DNA from: Patescibacteria group bacterium
GTDB lineage: Bacteria; Patescibacteriota; Patescibacteriia; XYB2-FULL-38-15
NCBI GenBank assembly: GCA_041650995.1
Contig: JBAZJZ010000001.1
Span: 491,302 to 555,301, forward strand
DNA length: 64,000 bases
Reading direction: 5' to 3'
Positions 16,792 to 26,493 of this stretch are shown here, piece after piece. Below the pieces are notes generated by a model. That model was not told the DNA's origin and did not search any database. It saw nothing but the letters and a program-made list of their open reading frames with translations. The translations under genes were made by a program, and so were the position numbers. Every line of letters starts with the position of its first letter. Position 1 is the stretch's first letter.

Positions 16792-19700
16792 TTATCTTAC
16801 GGTAAAGTAAATACTGCGTTCTCCGCCAATACTTTCGATTGGCGGCGCTGGTGCCGGAATAACTGGTGAGGAATCAAGTCCAAAGTCAACCGTACCGTCT
16901 AAATTATAAGTAACATTATAATTACCACTCGGCGTTCCACTCACATAAACAATTCTGAGATGATGCCGGCCTCTTGATAAGGTGTTTACTGCTGCAAACG
17001 TTGATCGACAAACTTCATCACCCCACGCACAAACTCTCCACTGGACAACTTTATGATTATCAATGTAAACGTCGAAAATATCATCGTCGACGCCAGTGAC
17101 GCGTAAATTTACTGTCGCACAATTTGTCTCGCCGTCCATACAACCATCAACATTACTATTATCATTTGGATCGCAAGCGTCAATTATTCCGTCATTATCA
17201 GCATCCGGATTTCTCGCACCGCTAGGCCCATATTTTCTATTGTCGCAAGCTTGGCCAGCGGCGCAAGTGATAGCACAAGATGCCGGACTACAAGTCGGCG
17301 CGGCTAAATCATATGGTTTTGCCCAAGGATTTGAAGTATCAACGCAGATCCAATTCGCGGGATAGGCCGGTAAATGGCTATCGCACTGCTCTGTTCCATT
17401 AACTGTACCATCGCCGCAAGTCGGACCGCTTGCAGTTCGCAAGGTGCATTCGCGGCTGCAATAATTGCAAGTTGAACCATATGGCGCCGTGCACGGCGTG
17501 CCATTGACCGCATCTCCGGAATCGCACGCCTCTATTCCGGCTCTTGTAAACCCGTCGCCGCAACGGGAACTTTGACAATTAACGCAAGCATCAGTATTTA
17601 TGTCATTACCATCGTCACATTGTTCGCCACCCTGCACAATTCCGTCACCACATTCCCCTGTCACGGTGCAAGAGCTCCAGCCTTCGTCTTGCCAACGGCA
17701 TTGTCTTATATCACCAGGTATTTCACAATTTAAAGTTCTGACCCTTGGATAACCCGTTCCTGTCTCTGGGGCACATAACAGACATTCCTCACCTGACCCG
17801 CAATCCGCGTTACTTTCACAAATTACAGTATAATAGCTAGGAAGGATTGGACTTTCTGGACTTAAATATTCCTCAACCGGAACACAAACACCTCTTGAGG
17901 AAATTTGATTTCTATCACACTCCTCTTGCGGTTCATCCACCACTGTATTCCCACAATATGGCGCCGAGCCAACACAACCCGCGGCGCAATACGGCGTGCC
18001 GTCAGGTTTTTTTCCATATCGGCCATTATCCGCTCCATCGTCGCACCGTTCACCGTAAGCACTTTGCAAAATTCCATCACCACAATAACCGCCGCTCATT
18101 CGGCAAACCGTGGAGCACTGATATTGATTTGTCGGCAATGTCCCGCCACCCGGAATTCTTCCCCCTCCCGGTCCGCGGTCGCAGGCTTCGCCAGTATCAA
18201 TAATTCCATTACCACAAGTGGCAAGACATGTCCCCCAATCATTCCAGCGGCAAGTAGCTAAATTACAAGTACGGCTTTGGCGGCCGTTTGCGCCGCTCGA
18301 GGCGGTACAAACTTGTTCGTTAACGCGGCATGTTCCGCCGCCACAATCCGCGTCAGTCCGGCAAGAAATTGTCGGATCATTAGAGCACGTATTTGCCAAA
18401 CTTGGTTCGCATTCTTCGCTGGCGTTAATTATTCCGTCGCCGCAAATTCCGCCCACGCTGTAAATTGTGTTATTGCAAACGTCTTCATATTGGATTCTTG
18501 ACGGATGCGCTGCCCGGAACCAATGCCAGCTTGGATTTGTTTCCGGAGGAATCATGTATTCTAAATCACTACCAATATTATAAAATCCCGTTTCTGACTC
18601 ATAACGATATTGATAAATATGCGATAAGCCTGGGCAAACGTAAGACTCTCCACTTGTATTCCAGCAAGTATCGGCGCTGTAAGGATCCAGACAACCTTGA
18701 AATTTATTTAATGGGTCAGTCGGCAAGCCGCCGCCGAGCTCCTGGCCAAGGGTTGCCCAAGAGTCCCATTTGCTAGTGGAAATCCCGCGGACATACGAAC
18801 CCGCTTCCAATTTTGGCGGATAGCCTCGCATGGCCATATATCTTTCCACTGCCTCTTTAATTTTATCCAAATCAGATAAACGCTGGACATCGCGCGCCAG
18901 TTTATCTTTTGGCGAATCACATAAAAATTGTGTCGGAGTTTGTGGACAATCTAAATCCGCTGAACAAGAAATTACCGCGCCATCCGCATCTCGCGCCACG
19001 ACTCCCTCGGCGTTACGGCACACTTTGTTGTTCGCCAAATTAATATTAAATTTCCAATTATCCACTAACTGATTATAAATATCAATCGTGTCTTGGCTCG
19101 CGCCTTCATTATATGAAATTAAATAAACATTTGTATAAATATCCGGTTCGGAACCAGAACCGTCCGCACCTCTCGGTTGATTGGCCGCTGAAACATAAAT
19201 CGTCCGGCCGTCTTCCGCCGCTTGATATTGGTCAATTGTTTTTCCGCCCGAAGCTGATGGCCTGAATCCCTGAGCTAAATACCAATCAAACAAAGCCAGG
19301 TGATTTTTGTTTGTGTAAATTCTAATGCCAATCGCGTCAGACGAGCTTTGACATGAGCCGCCCCCTGGGGCGCAAGGACTTTCCGTGTTGCAAGGAAGTT
19401 TGGAAAGAGTGCAGTAACTTCCGCCGACAAACAAGAAATATTCCCTGAGCAAAAAATCTGTCGAGCCGACAGGCGCGGGCGGATTATTTACAACCGGCGG
19501 ATCGCTAATTGTCGGCAAATCGTCGCCAAAACCAATTTCTCCCCTATCCTGACAATAATATGTTTCAAAGTTATATGTTTCATCAATCAATGCTTCCCCG
19601 GTCACACCAAACCTGTCTGGCCACGGATTTTCACAAAGGAAAACTGTTATGTCGGCTCCGCTGCTTATAACTTTCCCCACGGTGCGCGGCGACAAAACTG

Positions 19701-22700
19701 TATCCGTCGTAATTTTTGCCGAAACCAAAATTCTTGCTTCGCCATTTTTATTTTGCGCTGTCGCTGTCTGGCGCTCGCTAAATTGGCAAATACCCCCTGA
19801 ACCACAATCACTATTTCTATTACATCTAGTTCCTGTTTCAACGCAAGATCCCTCGGGAACCAAGTCAACTACAGTTAAATCGTTGGACAACCAATCCTGC
19901 CATTCCCAGTAATAAACATCCGGAAGGCGAGAAAGCATTCTCCCTCGCGCGTCACGGGCCGTGGCAAGAAATTCATGAGTTTCTTCGCTTCGCGTAAAGA
20001 CATAAGAAGCGGGAGAAACTACTACTTGGCTCAAAGCACAAATACTGCTTCCAGTTTCAAAATCCCACCGATAAATTTCCCTGCCACTATAAGCTTCTGG
20101 ATATTCACCATACAACCTTCCGCCTCCCAAAGCCACACCTTTTGAATTTCTAATTCCTTTAATTTCCGGCGATCCGGGATTATCACCTAAAAGTAAAACT
20201 CTATACCTGCGTCCGCCGTCAAAAGCTTTAGTCGGGCTAAAGCTTGCTTCGGTCACCAAATCACTGCCCTTACTTACAACTGTAGATGACGCCGTTCCTG
20301 GCCAGACACACCATGGAGAGGGCGGAGCGGCGCTCACTGGCCGGCCAAACAATGCTTGGCTTAACTGGTTAATTACATTTTTAACTTGACTCAAAATTTC
20401 TAAATCTTTTTCTATTTTGGAAATCGGCTTGATTAATAATCTCGCGATCGGCACTGGCAGCCATTTTTTTATTTTTTGAACAAAGTGGAAACCACCCGTT
20501 TCTTCTCCGGTCCACAAAGCCAGAGAAGTTGTCCCCTCAGGGCACGCGCCGCCGTAATCGCCAACCACTAAAATATTCCCTGTTATGCTTGCCGTTTCCA
20601 TTATTTGATCAAAAGTCACGGAAATTTTAGCATTGCGGCAGACATCAACCGCTCCGGATTCACAAGCAGTTGCGCCATCCCGAGTAGGATCGCAGTTTGC
20701 TACTTTCGGTTTAAAATAGCAGCAAGTATTCCGACCCACTCCTAGCACACAATCAGCATCACTTGTGCAGGTTTGCGAAGTCGTCCCCTCGCACACATGA
20801 GATGGCATACATGACAAATGAATCGCTCCACAATCTTGTCCGCCGCAGCGCAAAGTTAAATCACCGCTATCAGATTTTCCTTCGGTCTCAGCAAAAATTT
20901 CCGTAGTGCTGGAATTTACTCCGGCAGCCACAGCTTCTGGCGCAAGATCAATTGCTGTTGCCGTTTGGTATGGATCAATTCTCGTATCTCTAACTGTTCC
21001 CTCGTTTAAACAAGTTACGCTGCAACCATCACCAGAAACCGCGTTCCCGTCATCACAATCTTCGCCGCGTTCTACTGAACGATTTCCGCAAACTCCCCCG
21101 CCGGCTACAGATCCTTCGTGCTGACAGATATTATTACATCCGTCGCCCGAACGAGTATTTCCGTCGTCGCAGTCCTCGCCCACGTCAATAACTCTATTGC
21201 CACAATGAGTTGATCCTTCATTTAAACAAGCTCCCGCTCCGCCGCAGGGCGTACCAATTCCTGGCGGACAGCCAGTGCACCCGTCGAGAGAAACTGTGTT
21301 GCCGTCATCACAATCTTCGCCAAATTCTTTTACACTATTTCCGCAAGACGGATAATTATTGTTATTTGTAATCGTCGCTACTCCCGGATCGGCCGAAGTC
21401 CATCTCCAATTGTAGTCCATAACAGAAAGACGCTGACCGATCGGACTGCAAAGATCTGGATTACTAAAAGGCGTGGAAGAATAATTTTGTGTTTCGCCGA
21501 TAAAATTTAAAATTGCATTTTGCGGATTAACCACGACACGATCCACAGTGCAAGGATTGGTATCATCTTTAGTCTTGAAAGACCAAGAGTATGAATTTGG
21601 ACTCCCGACCGGATAATTTAAATCAGTCAAATGAACACCGCTTGCTGATGTTACATCATCGGAAATTACCGCGCGATAAAAAGTATTGGGTAAAAATAGT
21701 GTGCCTGCGGGTGGAGCAATTATTAATTTCTTTGTCGTATCATTATAAGAAAGACCCAAAGGAAGAACTTCTGTCAACGGCCGTGTCCCTTCATTTAAAC
21801 AAGTTATTGTGTTACAACCTGCGGGAAATGGCGAACCATCACAATCCTCACCCTCTTCAATAATTCCATTGCCACAATTTGGTCCGAGATTTCCCTCATT
21901 TAAACAGGTTACGCGATTACAACGCTCCGGAAACGGCACGCCATCGCAATCTTCTCCTGTCTCCCGGCGGTCATTACCGCAATATGATCCATAACGCGCG
22001 TTTGATCCTTCATTTAAACAAGTCTCACTGCAACCATCACCAGAAACCGCATTCCCGTCATCACAATCTTCGCCTGGCTCAAGCACACCATTACCACATT
22101 TCCAAATATAAAGATGAACATTCGCCGCGCTCTCCACGCTCGCCCGATTCATATTTGTATTAAATTCCGCGCCGATTTCCGCGTTAATACAAGCGTCGCT
22201 GCAATTCGGCCAACTATCTTTTACCTTTGGATCAGTAAAATCTATGGTCAAATTTCCCGAGCCAGACTTTATTTCACTCGGAATCTCGCCAGTAATCCGA
22301 ACCGGCGAGCCAACTTCTGTTTCTGCCCGAGCTGTAGCAATGGTACGCGGAGTCGCACTGATTGCAACTACTGCCCTTATAATATCTGATGAAGTCCAGC
22401 GCCAATCATACGGACTACAGTCAATAGTTAGACAAACATCACCGGCGGCGTAACAAAGGCCATTATAATCTTGCGTCGCGTCAACACTCGTCAATGTCAT
22501 TTCATAAGGCAAAACTCCCACCAAACCAATCGCGCAAGTTTCGTCACTGTCGCGAGTTTTAAATTGCCAAACATAGTCCCCGCCTTCCACACCGTCTCGA
22601 TCGCCGTCCAAGAAAAATCCTCCGTCCGGACATCCGACGCCGCCGAGACAACTTTTTATTCCTGTGCCTGCAGCCACATCACTTTTTAAAGTTACTTGAT

Positions 22701-25512
22701 ACCAAGTATTTCGCGCCCAGCTGGTTGCAGGTTGAAAAACAAAACCATCCCGATCAGAAGAAATGGCCTCATGTTGAGGATAAAGCGCTCGCGCGGGTTT
22801 TATAGTTCTGGCTACACATGTTTGGTCAGCGCACTCTTCTACTAAAATATTTTCACTATTTATTGACGCTGAATTTATTTTTGTCGTAAAATGAGCTCTA
22901 ACCTCGGCGTTAACACAAACCCGGTCTCCGCCATCTCGTCCAATCCAGGGCGAGGGAGAAGGCGGTGGCGGTGGCGGATTACTACAACTTTCCACCACTT
23001 GCGGATAAATCGGAAGCTGACCAGTAGAAAATTGCCAGAAATAATATCCTCTACCAGCGGCAGCCGCGCAAGCCACGGCGCAACTGCCATCGCGGCAGCA
23101 TTGCTCCCCCGAAGGACAAGCCGCGCCCGCGCGGCAATCTTGAACTATAAAATTAACGCTATTACCCGTGGCTCCCCCGGAAGTAATATTAACCGGACCA
23201 GTTTGGGCTCCTGTTGGCACGGCCGTAGAAATCTCTGTGCCATCAATCGGCGTAACCGTCGCGGGAGTCGCGCGATAAAAATTAACTAAAGCGGACGCTC
23301 CAAATCTCTCTCCATCAATTCTCACCGGTAAATCAATCGGCCCGTTATCTAGAGTAATTTTACAAATGCCCGGCCCGGCCGTCCCTATATCAACCGTAAA
23401 ATCTGAGGTGGTTAAATCACTTGTATCATCAGACTGGCCGCCCGCGGTTCCCGCGGTTGTAATTTTCAAAACATCTGTTACCGCACCGGCCGGTACCTTT
23501 ACAATAATTTGATCATTTTTCCACCAATCTGCGCCGCAAGCCGCGGGAAAATCAGTCGCGGCTAAAATATCCGCGCCCAAAGCGTTCTTAAAAAATACCT
23601 GACCAGTCGCGTCCCCGAAATTGGCGCCGAAAATCGTCACATACTCGCCCACCGGTCCGTGCGTCGGAGAAAAACTTAAAATTCTCGGAGCGGCGGCCGT
23701 CGCGACAACTCTAAAATTAATTGGATTGCTATTTTGTCCGCCAACCACGACCTGAGCCGGAATGGTCGCCGGAGCAATTAAAGGGACAACCGCGCCAATA
23801 CTTGTGGCCGTCCAAAGAATAACTCGTTCGGCTCGCGTACCGCCAAAAAGAATTTCACTTGTTCCTTGTGTTCCGCCAAATTGTGTGCCGGCAACAACGA
23901 CTTCGAAACGGGGTTCTCCGCTGTCTGGCGTGATGGAACAAATTCCCGGCCGGCTTGTATCATTCACATCAAAATTCGGCAAAACCGGACCGCGTTCATC
24001 ATCAGTTTGGTCAGTGTAGTCGGCCGCAGTCGCGCCGGTTGGCGGTGGAACAACAACTTTAATCGGACCATCAGTCGCACCCGCGGGCACAACCACAATA
24101 ATCTGATTATTTTGCCATGTGGCTGAAGCGGGACAAGCAGGCGACCCAGCTAATACAGTATTAAAATAAACCTGTCCGAGGACATCGCCAAAACCTTCCC
24201 CATAAATTGTCACATAATTTCCCACTGCGCCGTCATTTGGCAAAACCGCGGTAATTGTAGGCAATGTTCGGCAAACCCCGCCAATGCACGTGCCGCTTCG
24301 GCAGTCGGCGCCGCTCGTGCAAGATCCTCCATCACAAGTTCCGCAATCAGCTCCGCCGCAATCAAGTCCGGTTTCGTCTCCATCTTGGCTACCATTAAAA
24401 CAATGTGCCGCTCGGACAATAACATCCACGCCGCCGGAAGTCGTATTATTTGAATCAATATCAAAAGCTTTAGCAGTTAAAGTATGCCGCGAACCAGCCA
24501 CGATGCCGGTCGTATCCCAGTCAAAAATTGAAGAATAATCACGCGGCGTTGGGCCACTTGGCGCGTCTGTGCCGAGCGTTCCGCCATTTGAAAAATATTC
24601 CAAATAAGAAACTCCCGCATCATCAGTGGCGTGCGCTTCAATTGAAACTATTACGTCCGCGGAAACCGATTGCCCCGGATCAGGATAAGTAATTCTCACT
24701 TCCGGTCCGGTCACGTCAACTAAATTTCCTGTTGTAAAATTGGCAATACAATTTGGCGCGAGCCCGCCGCAAACCAAATTTCTGCCATCAGCGCTTCTGA
24801 GCCCTGTTGTCGCTTCCACGGTAAATTCCGTATCCCCATCAAAACACTTTCTATCTTCATTCGGCGCCGGACAATTAGCGCTCGGAGTAAATTCCACGAC
24901 CGTGCCGGAAGCACTCGCCGTTCCGTCCACCAAACTTCCGTCAGTCGTTTTTTTCACGGTTAAATTTCCAGTTAAAGTTGTCGCGTCAACATCTTTATTA
25001 AAGACAACCCGCACAACAACATTACGAATTGGAATCGCGCCATTCGGCTGAATACCGCGAATAACAAAAGAGTCTGAAGGCAAACCACCGCCGCCTCCGC
25101 CTCCACCGCCGCCTCCGCCTCCACCGCCGGGAGTTATGCCAGTCGCTTCCATTAATCTATTTAAAACAAACTGGGTAATCCCAAAAGAAAAAATAATAAT
25201 AATCAAACCAATCACGCCGTTTACCAAAATCTTTTTTGCCTTACTGATTCTTTCTTCATTGCCGGCTGCCGTCATCCAAACAAAACCGCCGTATAAAACA
25301 ATGGCCACAGCCACAATTCCCAAAAACCCAAGCGCCACGCGAATAATCTGCGCTGCGACAACTCGAGGATCTTGGGTTGGCAAAGCGATTTCATTCCCCA
25401 CTTCGTTCACGCCAAAATCCTGGGCAAAAATCGTTGTAGCAAATAAAAATCCACTTGTGATTAAAAACAAGGTGAAAAGGATTTTTAAAATTTTTCTCTC
25501 GTGTGGTTTCAT
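16792..25512 (-). CDS. Giant (2906 aa) cell-surface protein. It has a signal peptide plus two-helix membrane module, a 15-residue poly-Gly linker, IPT/Ig-like domains and more than 10 Myxococcus-type cysteine-rich repeats (CGNGxxExGExCDDGN...DGC).
   Basis: It is a single uninterrupted 8.7-kb ORF. Cys-rich repeats include CGNGVLEPGEDCDDGNAVSGDGCSETC, CGNRVIDVGEDCDDGNTRSGDGC and CGDGIVQGGEQCDDGNDINTDAC. IPT-like segments include ITAVLPNDGAVGNYVTIYGEGFG. The N-terminal module is shared with the ORF at 26494-28383. Confidence 0.85.
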   Translation of the reverse strand: MKPHERKILKILFTLFLITSGFLFATTIFAQDFGVNEVGNEIALPTQDPRVVAAQIIRVALGFLGIVAVAIVLYGGFVWMTAAGNEERISKAKKILVNGVIGLIIIIFSFGITQFVLNRLMEATGITPGGGGGGGGGGGGGGGLPSDSFVIRGIQPNGAIPIRNVVVRVVFNKDVDATTLTGNLTVKKTTDGSLVDGTASASGTVVEFTPSANCPAPNEDRKCFDGDTEFTVEATTGLRSADGRNLVCGGLAPNCIANFTTGNLVDVTGPEVRITYPDPGQSVSADVIVSIEAHATDDAGVSYLEYFSNGGTLGTDAPSGPTPRDYSSIFDWDTTGIVAGSRHTLTAKAFDIDSNNTTSGGVDVIVRAAHCFNGSQDGDETGLDCGGADCGTCDGGSCTSGADCRSGTCIGGVCRTLPTITAVLPNDGAVGNYVTIYGEGFGDVLGQVYFNTVLAGSPACPASATWQNNQIIVVVPAGATDGPIKVVVPPPTGATAADYTDQTDDERGPVLPNFDVNDTSRPGICSITPDSGEPRFEVVVAGTQFGGTQGTSEILFGGTRAERVILWTATSIGAVVPLIAPATIPAQVVVGGQNSNPINFRVVATAAAPRILSFSPTHGPVGEYVTIFGANFGDATGQVFFKNALGADILAATDFPAACGADWWKNDQIIVKVPAGAVTDVLKITTAGTAGGQSDDTSDLTTSDFTVDIGTAGPGICKITLDNGPIDLPVRIDGERFGASALVNFYRATPATVTPIDGTEISTAVPTGAQTGPVNITSGGATGNSVNFIVQDCRAGAACPSGEQCCRDGSCAVACAAAAGRGYYFWQFSTGQLPIYPQVVESCSNPPPPPPSPSPWIGRDGGDRVCVNAEVRAHFTTKINSASINSENILVEECADQTCVARTIKPARALYPQHEAISSDRDGFVFQPATSWARNTWYQVTLKSDVAAGTGIKSCLGGVGCPDGGFFLDGDRDGVEGGDYVWQFKTRDSDETCAIGLVGVLPYEMTLTSVDATQDYNGLCYAAGDVCLTIDCSPYDWRWTSSDIIRAVVAISATPRTIATARAETEVGSPVRITGEIPSEIKSGSGNLTIDFTDPKVKDSWPNCSDACINAEIGAEFNTNMNRASVESAANVHLYIWKCGNGVLEPGEDCDDGNAVSGDGCSETCLNEGSNARYGSYCGNDRRETGEDCDGVPFPERCNRVTCLNEGNLGPNCGNGIIEEGEDCDGSPFPAGCNTITCLNEGTRPLTEVLPLGLSYNDTTKKLIIAPPAGTLFLPNTFYRAVISDDVTSASGVHLTDLNYPVGSPNSYSWSFKTKDDTNPCTVDRVVVNPQNAILNFIGETQNYSSTPFSNPDLCSPIGQRLSVMDYNWRWTSADPGVATITNNNNYPSCGNSVKEFGEDCDDGNTVSLDGCTGCPPGIGTPCGGAGACLNEGSTHCGNRVIDVGEDCDDGNTRSGDGCNNICQHEGSVAGGGVCGNRSVERGEDCDDGNAVSGDGCSVTCLNEGTVRDTRIDPYQTATAIDLAPEAVAAGVNSSTTEIFAETEGKSDSGDLTLRCGGQDCGAIHLSCMPSHVCEGTTSQTCTSDADCVLGVGRNTCCYFKPKVANCDPTRDGATACESGAVDVCRNAKISVTFDQIMETASITGNILVVGDYGGACPEGTTSLALWTGEETGGFHFVQKIKKWLPVPIARLLIKPISKIEKDLEILSQVKNVINQLSQALFGRPVSAAPPSPWCVWPGTASSTVVSKGSDLVTEASFSPTKAFDGGRRYRVLLLGDNPGSPEIKGIRNSKGVALGGGRLYGEYPEAYSGREIYRWDFETGSSICALSQVVVSPASYVFTRSEETHEFLATARDARGRMLSRLPDVYYWEWQDWLSNDLTVVDLVPEGSCVETGTRCNRNSDCGSGGICQFSERQTATAQNKNGEARILVSAKITTDTVLSPRTVGKVISSGADITVFLCENPWPDRFGVTGEALIDETYNFETYYCQDRGEIGFGDDLPTISDPPVVNNPPAPVGSTDFLLREYFLFVGGSYCTLSKLPCNTESPCAPGGGSCQSSSDAIGIRIYTNKNHLALFDWYLAQGFRPSASGGKTIDQYQAAEDGRTIYVSAANQPRGADGSGSEPDIYTNVYLISYNEGASQDTIDIYNQLVDNWKFNINLANNKVCRNAEGVVARDADGAVISCSADLDCPQTPTQFLCDSPKDKLARDVQRLSDLDKIKEAVERYMAMRGYPPKLEAGSYVRGISTSKWDSWATLGQELGGGLPTDPLNKFQGCLDPYSADTCWNTSGESYVCPGLSHIYQYRYESETGFYNIGSDLEYMIPPETNPSWHWFRAAHPSRIQYEDVCNNTIYSVGGICGDGIINASEECEPSLANTCSNDPTISCRTDADCGGGTCRVNEQVCTASSGANGRQSRTCNLATCRWNDWGTCLATCGNGIIDTGEACDRGPGGGRIPGGGTLPTNQYQCSTVCRMSGGYCGDGILQSAYGERCDDGADNGRYGKKPDGTPYCAAGCVGSAPYCGNTVVDEPQEECDRNQISSRGVCVPVEEYLSPESPILPSYYTVICESNADCGSGEECLLCAPETGTGYPRVRTLNCEIPGDIRQCRWQDEGWSSCTVTGECGDGIVQGGEQCDDGNDINTDACVNCQSSRCGDGFTRAGIEACDSGDAVNGTPCTAPYGSTCNYCSRECTLRTASGPTCGDGTVNGTEQCDSHLPAYPANWICVDTSNPWAKPYDLAAPTCSPASCAITCAAGQACDNRKYGPSGARNPDADNDGIIDACDPNDNSNVDGCMDGETNCATVNLRVTGVDDDIFDVYIDNHKVVQWRVCAWGDEVCRSTFAAVNTLSRGRHHLRIVYVSGTPSGNYNVTYNLDGTVDFGLDSSPVIPAPAPPIESIGGERSIYFTVR

Positions 25513-25574
25513 AATCTGGCCACACTAAAAATTATTGATAACCTGAAACTTTAAACTTTTTTGTTATTCTAAAT

Positions 25575-26474
25575 CTATTTTAATGTGAATGTCTTAATAA
25601 TCTGTTTGATTTCATCGGCAATCACAGACCATTTTTGGTTCTCCATCCCCGGCGCTCCTGCAAAATCTCCCGCGCCCTGGTAATAAAATGCGTATTGATT
25701 ATTTTCTTTAATAAAAGTATGAGGATAATCAATATTTTCCGGATCATTTTTGTCTTCCAATCTTACAATATCAATTTTTATCCAACGATCTTTGTTTATT
25801 TTGGAAACGAGATCCATCGCCTTCACAATTTTATCCGCCCCAAGATTTAGGACATCTTTTTCTTCAATCGCTCCCCACTCCACGGGAAAAACCAATGAAA
25901 ATCCATATTCACTATTTGTATAGGTGGTGGGTGTCGTAGCTGGTTTTAAAGTTAACTTAAAAGAATCGCTCTTTGCTTCATCCGGGGCGCAAAATACGCC
26001 GTTTACCCAACTCAATTGATATTCTTGATTTTCATCAAGCGAAACCACGACAAACTCGCTCGGCCAACTTTCCATCTCACCTGTCGGTTCATAAATGATT
26101 TCAAAATTTCCGCCAGCATCAACTTTATCTCCTCCGGTCAAATTTGACGCCATACTCAAACAACTCGGATCCATTTCGGAAACTGGAAATAGCCAAACTG
26201 TATAATTCGGCGTAGCTTTTCCCGTAATTTTTATACCTTCCGGAGAATTTTCCACTGTTGCTCCGCTTAACGGTGAAGTTACAGTCGGTTTAACAATTGT
26301 GGTTTGGACCGAAGCCGATTCTGGCACAGTTGGCTCGGCTTCTTTTGATTCCATATTTTGCCACCAATAAACTCCCCCGCCGACGATAAGAGCCGTGAGA
26401 ACCACGGAAATTAACACCGCAATGACGGGAAATTTTTTAGGACTGGCTGGCTGCGTGATCGGCTGGTTTTCCAT
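25575..26474 (-). CDS. Hypothetical membrane-anchored extracellular protein (299 aa)
   Basis: An N-terminal TM segment is followed by a Thr/Ser/Pro-rich linker. It sits between the two paralogous surface proteins on the same strand. Confidence 0.5.
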   Translation of the reverse strand: MENQPITQPASPKKFPVIAVLISVVLTALIVGGGVYWWQNMESKEAEPTVPESASVQTTIVKPTVTSPLSGATVENSPEGIKITGKATPNYTVWLFPVSEMDPSCLSMASNLTGGDKVDAGGNFEIIYEPTGEMESWPSEFVVVSLDENQEYQLSWVNGVFCAPDEAKSDSFKLTLKPATTPTTYTNSEYGFSLVFPVEWGAIEEKDVLNLGADKIVKAMDLVSKINKDRWIKIDIVRLEDKNDPENIDYPHTFIKENNQYAFYYQGAGDFAGAPGMENQKWSVIADEIKQIIKTFTLK

Positions 26475-26493
26475 AAAATTTTAAATTATAAAT

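Noticed and set aside
25085-25130. GGC/GGT/GGA/GGG simple-sequence tract as a possible non-coding microsatellite
   Set aside because: It lies in frame inside the giant ORF and encodes the Gly15 linker. It is retained only as a possible slippage hotspot within that finding.
16792-25512. Numerous 60-130-aa plus-strand ORFs inside the giant gene (e.g. 17847-18203, 22891-23289)
   Set aside because: They are antisense to a continuous 8.7-kb ORF whose repeat structure is coherent. They are frame artefacts of a Gly/Cys/Asp-rich coding sequence.
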